Assembly (NCBI GenBank): GCA_964613815.1
Contig: CAZTKG010000002.1
Span: 118,299-182,298, forward strand
Reading direction: 5' to 3'
DNA: 64,000 nucleotides
DNA from: an uncultured Gammaproteobacteria bacterium
GTDB taxonomy: Bacteria; Patescibacteriota; Patescibacteriia; UBA9934
The notes beneath the pieces are model-generated. The model was not told the DNA's origin and searched no databases. It saw only the letters and a list, made by a program, of their open reading frames with translations. This document shows, in pieces, positions 19,794-28,531 of this stretch; the first letter of the stretch is position 1, and the number at the start of each line of letters is the position of its first letter. Position numbers and translations under genes: made by a program.

Positions 19794-19902
19794 GGTCTCC
19801 GCGCAATTGTGCGCGGAGGCCTGGACTCTTTTTTGAAGAGATGAATGTGTCCATTTATGTGGATGCGAAATTTTTTCAATTCAATCTGCATGGAGGTAAA
19901 TC
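19794..19902 (+). repeat. Conserved intergenic module, copy 1
   Basis: ccgcgc hairpin, gactctttt.ttgaag, caa..gcatggaggtaaa; homologous to 20380-20491 and 20863-20974. Confidence 0.8.
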
Positions 19903-20361
19903 ATGCGTTTGTTCTTGTATAGCATGGCCCTTTGGGGTTGTGCTGAGATGATGCATTCGTCTGGCGAAGAGGTGGTCGTGGCTGCTGAAGTGCCTGTGAA
20001 CGTTCGTCCGGAAGGGCATGTTGAGCTGGTTTCGGGAGTGTATGCTCCCGATGATACCCTCATCAATTTCATGGGACGGACAAGCCTGGATCACTTCGAG
20101 GAAGTGGTTCGAGGTGGTTCCGGTCGACGGGTCACGGCTTGTCGGATAGAGTCCTTCTGGCTTCTTCGCGGCTATTCAATGCCGATCTCATCTGCGAGGC
20201 CGCGTCAATCCGAGATTTCGACGGTTGTCGACATGCTGGACTGGCTCACTGGTCCGCTTCCGGCTCCGACTGTCATGTCGGTTGATGTGTATCGCTTGGC
20301 CAGTGACTGTCTCATCATCGAGGTGGACTGGCAGGGCGTTCACGGCATCGACGTGGACTAG
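19903..20361 (+). CDS. Hypothetical protein, possible lipoprotein, array ORF2
   Basis: GGAGG RBS; MRLFLYSMALWGC lipobox-like start. Confidence 0.65.
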   Translation: MRLFLYSMALWGCAEMMHSSGEEVVVAAEVPVNVRPEGHVELVSGVYAPDDTLINFMGRTSLDHFEEVVRGGSGRRVTACRIESFWLLRGYSMPISSARPRQSEISTVVDMLDWLTGPLPAPTVMSVDVYRLASDCLIIEVDWQGVHGIDVD

Positions 20362-20379
20362 GTTCGCCTGTTCCTTCGT

Positions 20380-20491
20380 GGTCCCTCGCGCAGCGTGTGC
20401 GAGGGGCCGAGACTCTTTTGTTGAAGTGATAGATGTGCTTGCCATTAATTTGGTGAGTGAATCGTTTCTTCAACCGCATGGAGGTAAAACC
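20380..20491 (+). repeat. Conserved intergenic module, copy 2
   Basis: ggtccctcgcgc..gtgcgaggggcc gagactcttttgttgaag...caaccgcatggaggtaaa. Confidence 0.8.
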
Positions 20492-20842
20492 ATGCTCGAG
20501 ATGTTGTACGCTGTGCTTTTGGCACATTCCGTTTCCGTTCCTGTCGTCGATATCGTGCCTGGTGAAATGACTCATCAGGACTTGATCGACGAGGCGATGG
20601 AGGGTGGAGATCCGAAGCTCGTCACCTGTCCGATGAAGATCGAGGGCCAGGCGGTCGATTTGATCCAGGCTCTCGGCCAGTGGCCGGCGCCGGTGCTTGC
20701 CATCGTCGTCCCCCGGGACACGATGGATCTCGGGGAGGCCGAGCAGCACTTCATCGTCGACGGAATTCGGCCGACGCTGTACGATGCCGCCTATGTCGAC
20801 ACGGTCGACGGGCAGTGCGTGGTGGCAGCGTACGGCTGGTAG
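20492..20842 (+). CDS. Hypothetical protein, array ORF3
   Basis: GGAGG RBS; strong GC3 codon bias; hydrophobic N-terminus. Confidence 0.7.
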   Translation: MLEMLYAVLLAHSVSVPVVDIVPGEMTHQDLIDEAMEGGDPKLVTCPMKIEGQAVDLIQALGQWPAPVLAIVVPRDTMDLGEAEQHFIVDGIRPTLYDAAYVDTVDGQCVVAAYGW

Positions 20843-20862
20843 AGCTGTTTCAATCTTGGTTT

Positions 20863-20974
20863 GCCCCCGCGCGATTGTGCGCGGGGGCGGCCACCGATTC
20901 TTTGTTTGATGGCATAATGATGGTAATCCCTCCTGGGGTTATCGGTCTCGTTTCATCAATCGATGGAGATTCTA
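20863..20974 (+). repeat. Conserved intergenic module, copy 3 (diverged)
   Basis: gcccccgcgcg-attg-tgcgcgggggc, gattctttgtttga, caatcgatggaga; same length as copy 2. Confidence 0.65.
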
Positions 20975-21349
20975 ATGAATCCAGTTCTTGCGGCATGTGC
21001 CGCTTCGTTCCTTCAGTGTCTGGGCGGCCACGGTCGTCCGGTGGCGGACGTGGGTGCCGATGAAGTCATCGACATGTACGAATTCGCGATGGAGATTGGC
21101 CCGCACGGGCCGTTCGCGATCGTGTGCGATCGTGTGCATCGGCGCGTGGACGTCAAGGTCTACGATGTGCGGGGCGATTTGCTCCGCGCGACCGAGTTCA
21201 ACGGTGAGGGTTTCGCCACGTGGTGGGACATGCTGTCTCTCGTGTCCGGCGATTTCGCCTACGCGCTCGATGGTGGGTTCGTGACCACCACCAAGCACGG
21301 TATCTGTGCTGAGGTGTGGCTCCTGCCGAGTCCGGGACCCCTTCGTTAG
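20975..21349 (+). CDS. Hypothetical protein, array ORF4
   Basis: GGAG RBS; GC3 bias; followed by terminator at 21373-21401. Confidence 0.7.
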   Translation: MNPVLAACAASFLQCLGGHGRPVADVGADEVIDMYEFAMEIGPHGPFAIVCDRVHRRVDVKVYDVRGDLLRATEFNGEGFATWWDMLSLVSGDFAYALDGGFVTTTKHGICAEVWLLPSPGPLR

Positions 21350-21433
21350 TCGGGCAACGATGTTTGCTCGATGCCTCCCGCGTTTGTTCGCGGGAGGTTT
21401 TAAGTTTGAAGAAAAAAATCCACCCTTGTTGAT

Positions 21434-21823
21434 CTACTTGATGTTGATTCGGTAGGTCAGGGTGGTGACTTGGTGCATCTCTTTGGCGATTTTGGCGGCA
21501 CAGGGTTCGATGGGGCCGTCTGTCAGCGCGTGTTTGATGGAAGTCAGAGGCGCTTTTTCCGAGTCGGCTGCGCGTTGGAGTGTGATTGAGACTTGACCGA
21601 CTCTGTTTGTCATGGCGCATGCGATTGCGATGATTTCCATGATTTTATGGAGCGCCTTGAGGCGACCAAGTTTGTCGGTTGCGGGGATGTTTCCGCAAGC
21701 GTCCCAGAGATTTGCTTCGCGGGAGGGGGAGACGGCGGATCTGGTGAGGGTTGCCGTTTGCTCCTCGAAGTTGATACGGATGCTGAGCTCTTCGCCGTTT
21801 TGGAATGCGAAGGAGTTGATCAT
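21434..21823 (-). CDS. Hypothetical protein
   Basis: GGAG RBS, upstream TTGACT...TAAAAT promoter. Confidence 0.65.
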   Translation of the reverse strand: MINSFAFQNGEELSIRINFEEQTATLTRSAVSPSREANLWDACGNIPATDKLGRLKALHKIMEIIAIACAMTNRVGQVSITLQRAADSEKAPLTSIKHALTDGPIEPCAAKIAKEMHQVTTLTYRINIK

Positions 21824-21904
21824 GATTTTCTCCGAAAGAGCGATTGTCGGGGTGATTTTAGCTTAGATTTTAGATAAGTCAATAAAAAAATGACGCAGGA
21901 GGCG

Positions 21905-22453
21905 TCAGTGAGGGCGAATGGTGGTGATGGTTCGAGCGACGAGAGTCATGACATTGTCATCTTGAGGGTATTCGTGTGCCGTGTCGATGGTGAGATGCTC
22001 GTTCCTCTCGTCGTGTGTCGTGACACGCACGAGTGTTGTTGGGGTGTTTCGGCCTGGGAAGTCGTGGTAGAGATCGATGATGGTTGTGCGATCGATCAGG
22101 CTCGATAGCGCTGTTTCTGGAACGCCGTGATCGCTTGTTGTCCAGATTCGGGTTTCGATTCGTCGTCCATGAGCTTTGACCCACCATTCGTTGGAGTTTG
22201 CTCCACGGAAGATATTTGCTCTCTTTAGATTAGGTGGCGGGCTACCTGTGCAGCAGAGGAGTTCTGCGAATTTGATTTTAGGTCCAGTGATGATGACGAA
22301 GTGACTTGTGCCAATGATGGCTGCGCGAACGACGTGTCCGTTCCATGGAATCGCTGTTTCGGCGAAGGTGGTGAATGTATCTGCTGGAAATTGATCGACA
22401 CTTGCCGGATCGAGATAGTGATGGAAGGTGAGATCGTGGATTGAGAGGGGCAT
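21905..22453 (-). CDS. DUF2617-like protein
   Basis: IIGTSHFV...ELLCC...TAHEYP pattern recalled for that family. Confidence 0.55.
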   Translation of the reverse strand: MPLSIHDLTFHHYLDPASVDQFPADTFTTFAETAIPWNGHVVRAAIIGTSHFVIITGPKIKFAELLCCTGSPPPNLKRANIFRGANSNEWWVKAHGRRIETRIWTTSDHGVPETALSSLIDRTTIIDLYHDFPGRNTPTTLVRVTTHDERNEHLTIDTAHEYPQDDNVMTLVARTITTIRPH

Positions 22454-22548
22454 CTTGGCTCCGAATGAACGTGGGGGAGAGGTTATCGGTTTTTTGTGTT
22501 GGCGTCAAGTTGTTTGGGTAAAAAATAGCCCGCTGAGATTGCGGGATG

Positions 22549-23043
22549 TTAGTTCATGGTTGGGTCTCGTGTGGTGTGCGCGTTTCGGGATTCCATGTAG
22601 ATGCGGACGGAGGGAAGTTTGGATTCATGATCCGTCCATGTTTGATGCGGGATGGCGGTAATTCCTGGGTATTCCATCAGGATGACTCGGAAATTATCTT
22701 GAGGGATGTATGCGCCAAGAACGATGATCGCTCTGATAAGCTTACCGGTGAACTGCGAATCCGGATTTTTTGCTGTTTCGCAATGTTGCGTAAGGGCGCC
22801 TAAGAGACCGTGCAGGCAGCTTGCAGTTCCGAGGAGGAATTGGAATCGGTTTTCTCTTCGGGTTGTTTCTGCGTGTTGACATGCTGTTTGTAGCGCTCTG
22901 ACTTCAGCTTCTAGCTCTTGGATGACGCTCATCTTTTCGTAGATAATTACGCCTGCTGATGTTCTTGTCGCTTGGAGTCTTTTTCGCGTGCGGAGGATTG
23001 TGATGATGAGGAAGAGGATGATTGCGGAGGGGAGAAGGAGCAT
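22549..23043 (-). CDS. Hypothetical membrane-anchored protein
   Basis: GAGG RBS, N-terminal TM helix, short coiled coil. Confidence 0.6.
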   Translation of the reverse strand: MLLLPSAIILFLIITILRTRKRLQATRTSAGVIIYEKMSVIQELEAEVRALQTACQHAETTRRENRFQFLLGTASCLHGLLGALTQHCETAKNPDSQFTGKLIRAIIVLGAYIPQDNFRVILMEYPGITAIPHQTWTDHESKLPSVRIYMESRNAHTTRDPTMN

Positions 23044-23168
23044 TGATGGCCTCGAATGAGCGTGGAGACCATACCTTGAATATTGAGATTTGTGAATGGT
23101 TATGATACTGTGGGCTCACAATTTGATCCCACCTAACCCTAGTAAATGGGTTTGTGGGCGTTTTTCTT

Positions 23169-25247
23169 ATGACATTTAAACTTCACTCACATTACGAACC
23201 TGCTGGTGATCAACCGAAAGCGATTGATCAGCTTTGTGATGGGCTGGAAAAGGGCATGAAGGGGCAGACGCTTTTGGGGGTGACGGGGTCTGGGAAGACG
23301 TTTACGATGGCGAATGTGATTGAGCGGGTGCAGCGGCCGACGCTTGTGATTGCGCATAACAAGACGCTTGCGGCGCAGCTTTGTAGTGAGTTTCGGTCGT
23401 TTTTTCCGGAGAATGCGGTGGAATATTTTGTTTCTTATTATGATTATTATCAGCCTGAGGCGTATATGCCTCGGTCGGATACGTATATTGAAAAAGAGGC
23501 GCAGGTGAATGAGGAGATTGATCGGTTGCGGCATAGTGCGACGAAATCACTTTTGTCGCGACGGGATGTGATCGTGGTTGCTTCGGTGAGTTGTATTTAT
23601 GGACTTGGGTCGCCGGATGAGTATAAAGATGTGGTTTTGGAGTTGAAGGTTGGGCAGGATATTGATCGTGCGGCGTTTTTGCGGCAGCTTGTTGGGATGT
23701 ATTACGAACGTACGACGACAGTTGTGGAGCGTGGGAAGTTTCGGGCGCTTGGGGATGTGGTGGAGGTGCAGCCGGCGAGTGAGAAGAAGTCGATGTATCG
23801 TGTGACCATGGACGGTGGGAAGGTGCATGAGATTTTTTTGCTTGATCCGTTGACGCGGAAGATTAAGGATCGGTTGCAGAATTTGTGGTTGTTTCCGAAT
23901 AAGCATTATGTGGTTGGGTCTGATCGGGTGGAGAATGCGCTTTCGCGGATTCGGCATGAGCTTGATGAGCGGTTGGAAGAGCTTGATGGGCAGGGGAAGG
24001 TTTTGGAGCATGCGCGGCTCAAACAGCGGACGAAGTATGACATTGAGATGATTAAGAATTTAGGGTATTGCAATGGGATTGAGAATTATTCTCGGCATTT
24101 TGAGGGGCGGAAGGCTGGGGAACCGGCGTCTACATTGCTTAGTTATTTTCCAGATGATTTTTTGACGGTTATTGATGAGAGTCATGTGACGGTTTCGCAG
24201 GTTCGGGCGATGTATGCAGGGGATCAGGCGCGGAAGAAGACGCTTATTGATCATGGGTTTCGATTGCCGAGTGCGGCGGATAATCGGCCGCTTCAGTTTG
24301 AGGAATTTGAGGAGCAGGTTGGGCAGACGGTTTATGTGAGTGCGACGCCGGGGAATTATGAGGGGGATCATTCTGATCAGGTGGTTGAGCAGATTGTGCG
24401 GCCGACGGGGCTTGTGGACCCGCGGATTGTGATTCGGCCGGTTACGGAGGGTGTGAAGCCTGGCGGGGCGAAAGGGATTGATTTTGTTGAGATGTTGGGG
24501 GTTGAAATTGATGCGGAGGTTCCGGCATTGGGGCAGGTTGATGATCTTATTGAGAGGGTGAAGGTTGTTATTGAAAATAAGGGGCGCAGTTTGGTGACGA
24601 CGCTTACGAAGAAAATGGCGGAGGATTTGACGCAGTTTTTGGTTGAGGAGGGGATGAAGGTTCAGTATTTACATAGTGGGGTGCAGACGTTTGAGCGGAT
24701 TGAGGTTTTGAGTAAGTTGCGGGAAGGAGTGTATGACATTGTGGTTGGGGTGAATTTGCTTCGAGAGGGGCTTGACTTGCCAGAGGTGCAGCTTGTGGCG
24801 ATTTTGGATGCGGATAAAGAGGGGTTTTTGCGGAGTGAGACGTCGCTTGTGCAGACGATTGGGCGGGCGGCTCGGAATGCGGATGGGTATGTGGTGTTGT
24901 ATGCAGATAAGATGACGGGGAGTATGAAGCGTGCGCTTGTGGAGACGAAGCGGCGACGGGATATTCAGGAAGCTTATAACGAAGAACACGGGATTACGCC
25001 GACGACGATTGTGAAAAAAGTGGATGATATTCGGGACATGATTTCGATGCCGGAATCGACGGATGATGTGCTCGATGTGGAGCTTACTGCGAGTGTCGCG
25101 GAGCTTGATGAGGCGATTTTTGATAAGACAGATGAAATGAAGAAGGCGGCGGCGAATTTGTTGTTTGAGACGGCTGCGCGGTTGCGGGATGAGATTGAGC
25201 TTTTGAAGAAAGAGCGGGCGGGGAGGATTGAGGATGGGGGTGCATAG
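23169..25247 (+). CDS. uvrB: Excinuclease ABC subunit B
   Basis: GVTGSGKT, YYDYYQPEAY, DESH, QTIGRAARN, C-terminal UVR domain. Confidence 0.98.
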   Translation: MTFKLHSHYEPAGDQPKAIDQLCDGLEKGMKGQTLLGVTGSGKTFTMANVIERVQRPTLVIAHNKTLAAQLCSEFRSFFPENAVEYFVSYYDYYQPEAYMPRSDTYIEKEAQVNEEIDRLRHSATKSLLSRRDVIVVASVSCIYGLGSPDEYKDVVLELKVGQDIDRAAFLRQLVGMYYERTTTVVERGKFRALGDVVEVQPASEKKSMYRVTMDGGKVHEIFLLDPLTRKIKDRLQNLWLFPNKHYVVGSDRVENALSRIRHELDERLEELDGQGKVLEHARLKQRTKYDIEMIKNLGYCNGIENYSRHFEGRKAGEPASTLLSYFPDDFLTVIDESHVTVSQVRAMYAGDQARKKTLIDHGFRLPSAADNRPLQFEEFEEQVGQTVYVSATPGNYEGDHSDQVVEQIVRPTGLVDPRIVIRPVTEGVKPGGAKGIDFVEMLGVEIDAEVPALGQVDDLIERVKVVIENKGRSLVTTLTKKMAEDLTQFLVEEGMKVQYLHSGVQTFERIEVLSKLREGVYDIVVGVNLLREGLDLPEVQLVAILDADKEGFLRSETSLVQTIGRAARNADGYVVLYADKMTGSMKRALVETKRRRDIQEAYNEEHGITPTTIVKKVDDIRDMISMPESTDDVLDVELTASVAELDEAIFDKTDEMKKAAANLLFETAARLRDEIELLKKERAGRIEDGGA

Positions 25248-25251
25248 GGGT

Positions 25252-25381
25252 TCCCATCTCGACCGAGTGTAATGAGTGGAGAGATCTGGTTTAACAGGGC
25301 TGCAGGATCTCTCCGCGTTGGTCGAGATGGGATGGAAGAGGTTTTTGATTCCGAATGGATCCTTCGACCCTCAGGATGACA
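25252..25381. repeat. REP-like family A full copy followed by a family B copy
   Basis: tcccatctcgacc...ggtcgagatggga then gattccgaatggatccttc..caggatgaca. Confidence 0.85.
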
Positions 25382-25394
25382 CACGGGGGAAGTG

Positions 25395-25718
25395 AAAGCC
25401 GCTCCCCGAACGAGGTCGGGGGGCGGCTAGGTGCAACACTGTTACGCCCGGTCGGTGAGCATCAATCTTGTGGACTGCGCAGGGTACCTGGGGTGCGGCG
25501 ATCGCGGTCCAGGATGGCGTCTACGTGATTTCCTCGAATGAGGTCCGATGGGTGGGCAGTACTGTTTGGTCGGTGGGGCGTATTGTGAGAACCCGCCACG
25601 GCCGAGGATGTACGTTTTCATCTTGCGTTCCGAATGATTCCGCATGCCGGTGGTGTGCTGCGCTTTACTGTGCGATGCTGAGCGATGCAAACGTTCGTGA
25701 ATCACGAGAAGCATGCAA
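25395..25718 (-). ncRNA. Candidate pentamer-repeat RNA unit 4 with about 220-nt extension
   Basis: GC at 25657, 62, 72, 77, 82, 87 (AC at 67), then ACCACCG on the minus strand; GC hairpin at 25397-25428. Confidence 0.45.
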
Positions 25719-25785
25719 GGTGATGTGATAGTGATTGCCTTTGTATTATAAGAAGGTTTGAGAGGAAATTGATAATTGATTGTGT

Positions 25786-28341
25786 ATGAAAGATAAAATT
25801 ACGATTAAAGGTGCGCGAGAGCATAACCTCAAAAATATTGATTTGGCGTTGCCGCGTAATAAATTGATTTGTTTTACGGGACTTTCTGGAAGCGGGAAGT
25901 CTAGTTTGGCGTTTGATACGATTTTTGCGGAAGGGCAGCGGCGGTATATTGAGAGTTTGAGTGCGTATGCGCGGCAGTTTTTGGGGCAGATGCAGAAGCC
26001 GGATGTGGATGAGATTGATGGGTTGAGTCCGGCGATTAGCATCGATCAAAAAGCGCATAGTCGGAATCCACGGTCGATTGTGGCGACGGTGACGGAGATT
26101 TATGATTATTTGCGTGTGTTGTATGCGCGTGTTGGAAAGGCGGTTTGCCCGACGTGTCGGAGTAGTATTGAGCGGATGGGGGTTGATGGGATTGTGGTGG
26201 CTGCTTTGCGGGATCTTGGTGAGCACCCGCGGCAGAAAGGAAGAGATCTCCCGACTTCGCTCGAGATGGGAAAATTATCAGGAGGTGAAGTTCAGATTTT
26301 GGCTCCGGTGATTCGAGGGCGGAAGGGGGAGTATTATCAGCTTTTGTATGATCTTTATAATCAGGGGTTTGCGAAAGTGCGCGTTGACGGGAAGGAGCAT
26401 CGGCTTAGTGAGAAAATTAAGTTATCGCGTTATAAGAAGCATGATATTGAAGTGATTATTGATACGATTCCGGCGACGGCATTGAAGGATCCGAGTCAGG
26501 ACGATCGGCAGCGGATTAATGAGGCGGTGGAGCGAGCAATTGAGGTTGGGGAGGATTTGGCGCTTGTGGTGTTTCCGGATGGGCATGAGCGGTTGTTTAG
26601 TACGAAGTTTAGTTGTGTGGATTGTGGGTTTTCGTTTCCGGAGATTGAGCCTCGGCTGTTTAGTTTTAATAGTCCTTATGGAGCATGTCAGCCTTGTGGG
26701 GGGCTTGGGACGACGGAGCTTTTTAGTGAAGATTTGTGTGAGGTTTGTGAAGGGGCTCGGCTTCGGCCTGAGGGGCGGAGTGTTTTGGTTGGAGGGAAGT
26801 CGATTGTGGAAGCCGTTGGGATGACGATTGGGAATAGTGCGCAATGGTTTTTGGAGCTTGAGCTGGATGAGCGGCAGATGGAGATTGCGGGAGCGGCGTT
26901 GAATGAGATTCAGAATCGTCTTTCTTTTCTTGATGATGTTGGGCTTGATTATTTGACGCTTGATCGGCGGGCGGGGACGCTCAGTGGTGGAGAGGCGCAG
27001 CGGATTCGGCTTGCGAGTCAGGTAGGATCAAGACTTGTGGGGGCGCTTTATGTTCTTGATGAACCTACAATTGGTCTCCATCAGCGGGACAATGAGCAGT
27101 TGATTCGGACTTTGGAAGATCTTCGAGATTTGGGGAATACGGTGATTGTGGTTGAGCATGATGAGGATACGATTCGGCGGTCGGATTTTATGGTTGAGAT
27201 TGGGCCCGGGGCTGGTGTGCATGGAGGGAATGTGATTGCGGCGGGGGAGGTGCCGGCGATTTTTGAGGATAAGAATTCTCGGACGGCGGCGTATATGCGA
27301 GGGGATGAGGGGATTGAGGTGCCGAAGAAGCGACGGAAGGTTGGGCGGGATAAGATTAAGGTTGTGGGGGCTGAGGCGCATAATTTGAAGAAGTTGAATG
27401 TGGAGTTTCCGCTTCGGCGGTTTGTGTGTGTGACGGGGGTGAGTGGGAGTGGGAAGTCAACGCTTGTGCATGATGTGATGTATAGCGCGCTTGCGAAAAA
27501 ATTGAATGGGCGGAAAAAGAAGCCTGGGAAGCATAAGGCGGTGATGGGGGTTGAGTATATTGATAAGATTGTTTTGATTAATCAGTCGGCGATTGGGCGG
27601 ACGAGTCGGTCGAATCCTGCGACGTATACCGGGGCTTGGGGGCCGATTCGGGAGTTGTTTGCGGCAACGGAAGAGGCACGGTTTCGTGGGTATAAGCCTG
27701 GGCGGTTTAGTTTTAATGTGCCCGGAGGTCGATGTGATAATTGTGATGGGCATGGGAAGATTGCGATTGAGATGCATTTTTTGCCGACGGTGCATGTGGA
27801 GTGTGATGTGTGTAAGGGGAAGCGATTTAGGCGGGAGACGCTTGAGGTTGTTTGGAATGAAAAGAATATTTGGCAGGTGCTTGATATGACGGTTGAGGAG
27901 GGGGCGGTGTTTTTTAAGAATGTTCCTACGGTGTTTGAGAAGTTGAAGACAATGAATGAGGTTGGGCTTGGGTATTTGAAGTTGGGACAGAGTGCGACGA
28001 CGCTCAGTGGAGGAGAGGCGCAGCGGGTGAAGCTCGCCACGGAACTATCGAAACGACAGACGGGACGGACGTTGTATATTTTGGATGAGCCGACGACGGG
28101 GTTGCATTTTGAAGACATTAAGAAGTTGCTTCAGGTGTTGCATCGGTTGGTGAGTAAGGGGAATTCTGTGGTTGTGATTGAGCATAATTTGGATGTGATT
28201 AAGACGGCGGATTGGATTATTGATTTGGGGCCTGATGGTGGGGAGCGTGGAGGGAAGCTTGTGATTGCGGGGACGCCGGAGGAGGTTGCGCGTTGTGCAC
28301 AGAGTGAGACGGGGAAATATTTGAAGCATTATGTTGATTGA
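25786..28341 (+). CDS. uvrA: Excinuclease ABC subunit A (short form)
   Basis: GAREHNLK, GLSGSGKSS, two LSGGEAQR motifs, zinc fingers. Confidence 0.97.
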   Translation: MKDKITIKGAREHNLKNIDLALPRNKLICFTGLSGSGKSSLAFDTIFAEGQRRYIESLSAYARQFLGQMQKPDVDEIDGLSPAISIDQKAHSRNPRSIVATVTEIYDYLRVLYARVGKAVCPTCRSSIERMGVDGIVVAALRDLGEHPRQKGRDLPTSLEMGKLSGGEVQILAPVIRGRKGEYYQLLYDLYNQGFAKVRVDGKEHRLSEKIKLSRYKKHDIEVIIDTIPATALKDPSQDDRQRINEAVERAIEVGEDLALVVFPDGHERLFSTKFSCVDCGFSFPEIEPRLFSFNSPYGACQPCGGLGTTELFSEDLCEVCEGARLRPEGRSVLVGGKSIVEAVGMTIGNSAQWFLELELDERQMEIAGAALNEIQNRLSFLDDVGLDYLTLDRRAGTLSGGEAQRIRLASQVGSRLVGALYVLDEPTIGLHQRDNEQLIRTLEDLRDLGNTVIVVEHDEDTIRRSDFMVEIGPGAGVHGGNVIAAGEVPAIFEDKNSRTAAYMRGDEGIEVPKKRRKVGRDKIKVVGAEAHNLKKLNVEFPLRRFVCVTGVSGSGKSTLVHDVMYSALAKKLNGRKKKPGKHKAVMGVEYIDKIVLINQSAIGRTSRSNPATYTGAWGPIRELFAATEEARFRGYKPGRFSFNVPGGRCDNCDGHGKIAIEMHFLPTVHVECDVCKGKRFRRETLEVVWNEKNIWQVLDMTVEEGAVFFKNVPTVFEKLKTMNEVGLGYLKLGQSATTLSGGEAQRVKLATELSKRQTGRTLYILDEPTTGLHFEDIKKLLQVLHRLVSKGNSVVVIEHNLDVIKTADWIIDLGPDGGERGGKLVIAGTPEEVARCAQSETGKYLKHYVD
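26242..26271. repeat. REP-like family A half copy in frame within uvrA
   Basis: agagatctcccgacttcgctcgagatggga, translating as RDLPTSLEMG. Confidence 0.85.
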
Positions 28342-28367
28342 TGGGTTGGTTTGCTTTGTTGCGCGGT

Positions 28368-28506
28368 GTCGGCGTCGAGGTGCCGTGCGACGTCGGGTCG
28401 GGACACCTTTAGCGTCAAGCCCGTTTATTTTTGCTACAGGATGGATGGGGCTGGAGCGGCGGTGTCATATCCTCCGCCTCCTTACGCACGGCACCTCGAC
28501 GCCGAC
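28368..28506. repeat. Element bounded by a perfect 22-bp inverted repeat
   Basis: gtcggcgtcgaggtgccgtgcg (28368-28389) and cgcacggcacctcgacgccgac (28485-28506). Confidence 0.85.
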
Positions 28507-28531
28507 GTGGATTCATCTTTTGTGATTTTTT

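Noticed and set aside
19794-21398. Classical integron attC sites
   Set aside because: No consistent RYYYAAC/GTTRRRY ends and no intI in the window; kept only as cassette-like
25400-25720. RNase P RNA or tmRNA
   Set aside because: GAGGAAATC does not continue as GAGGAAAGTCC, and no tRNA-like ends are present
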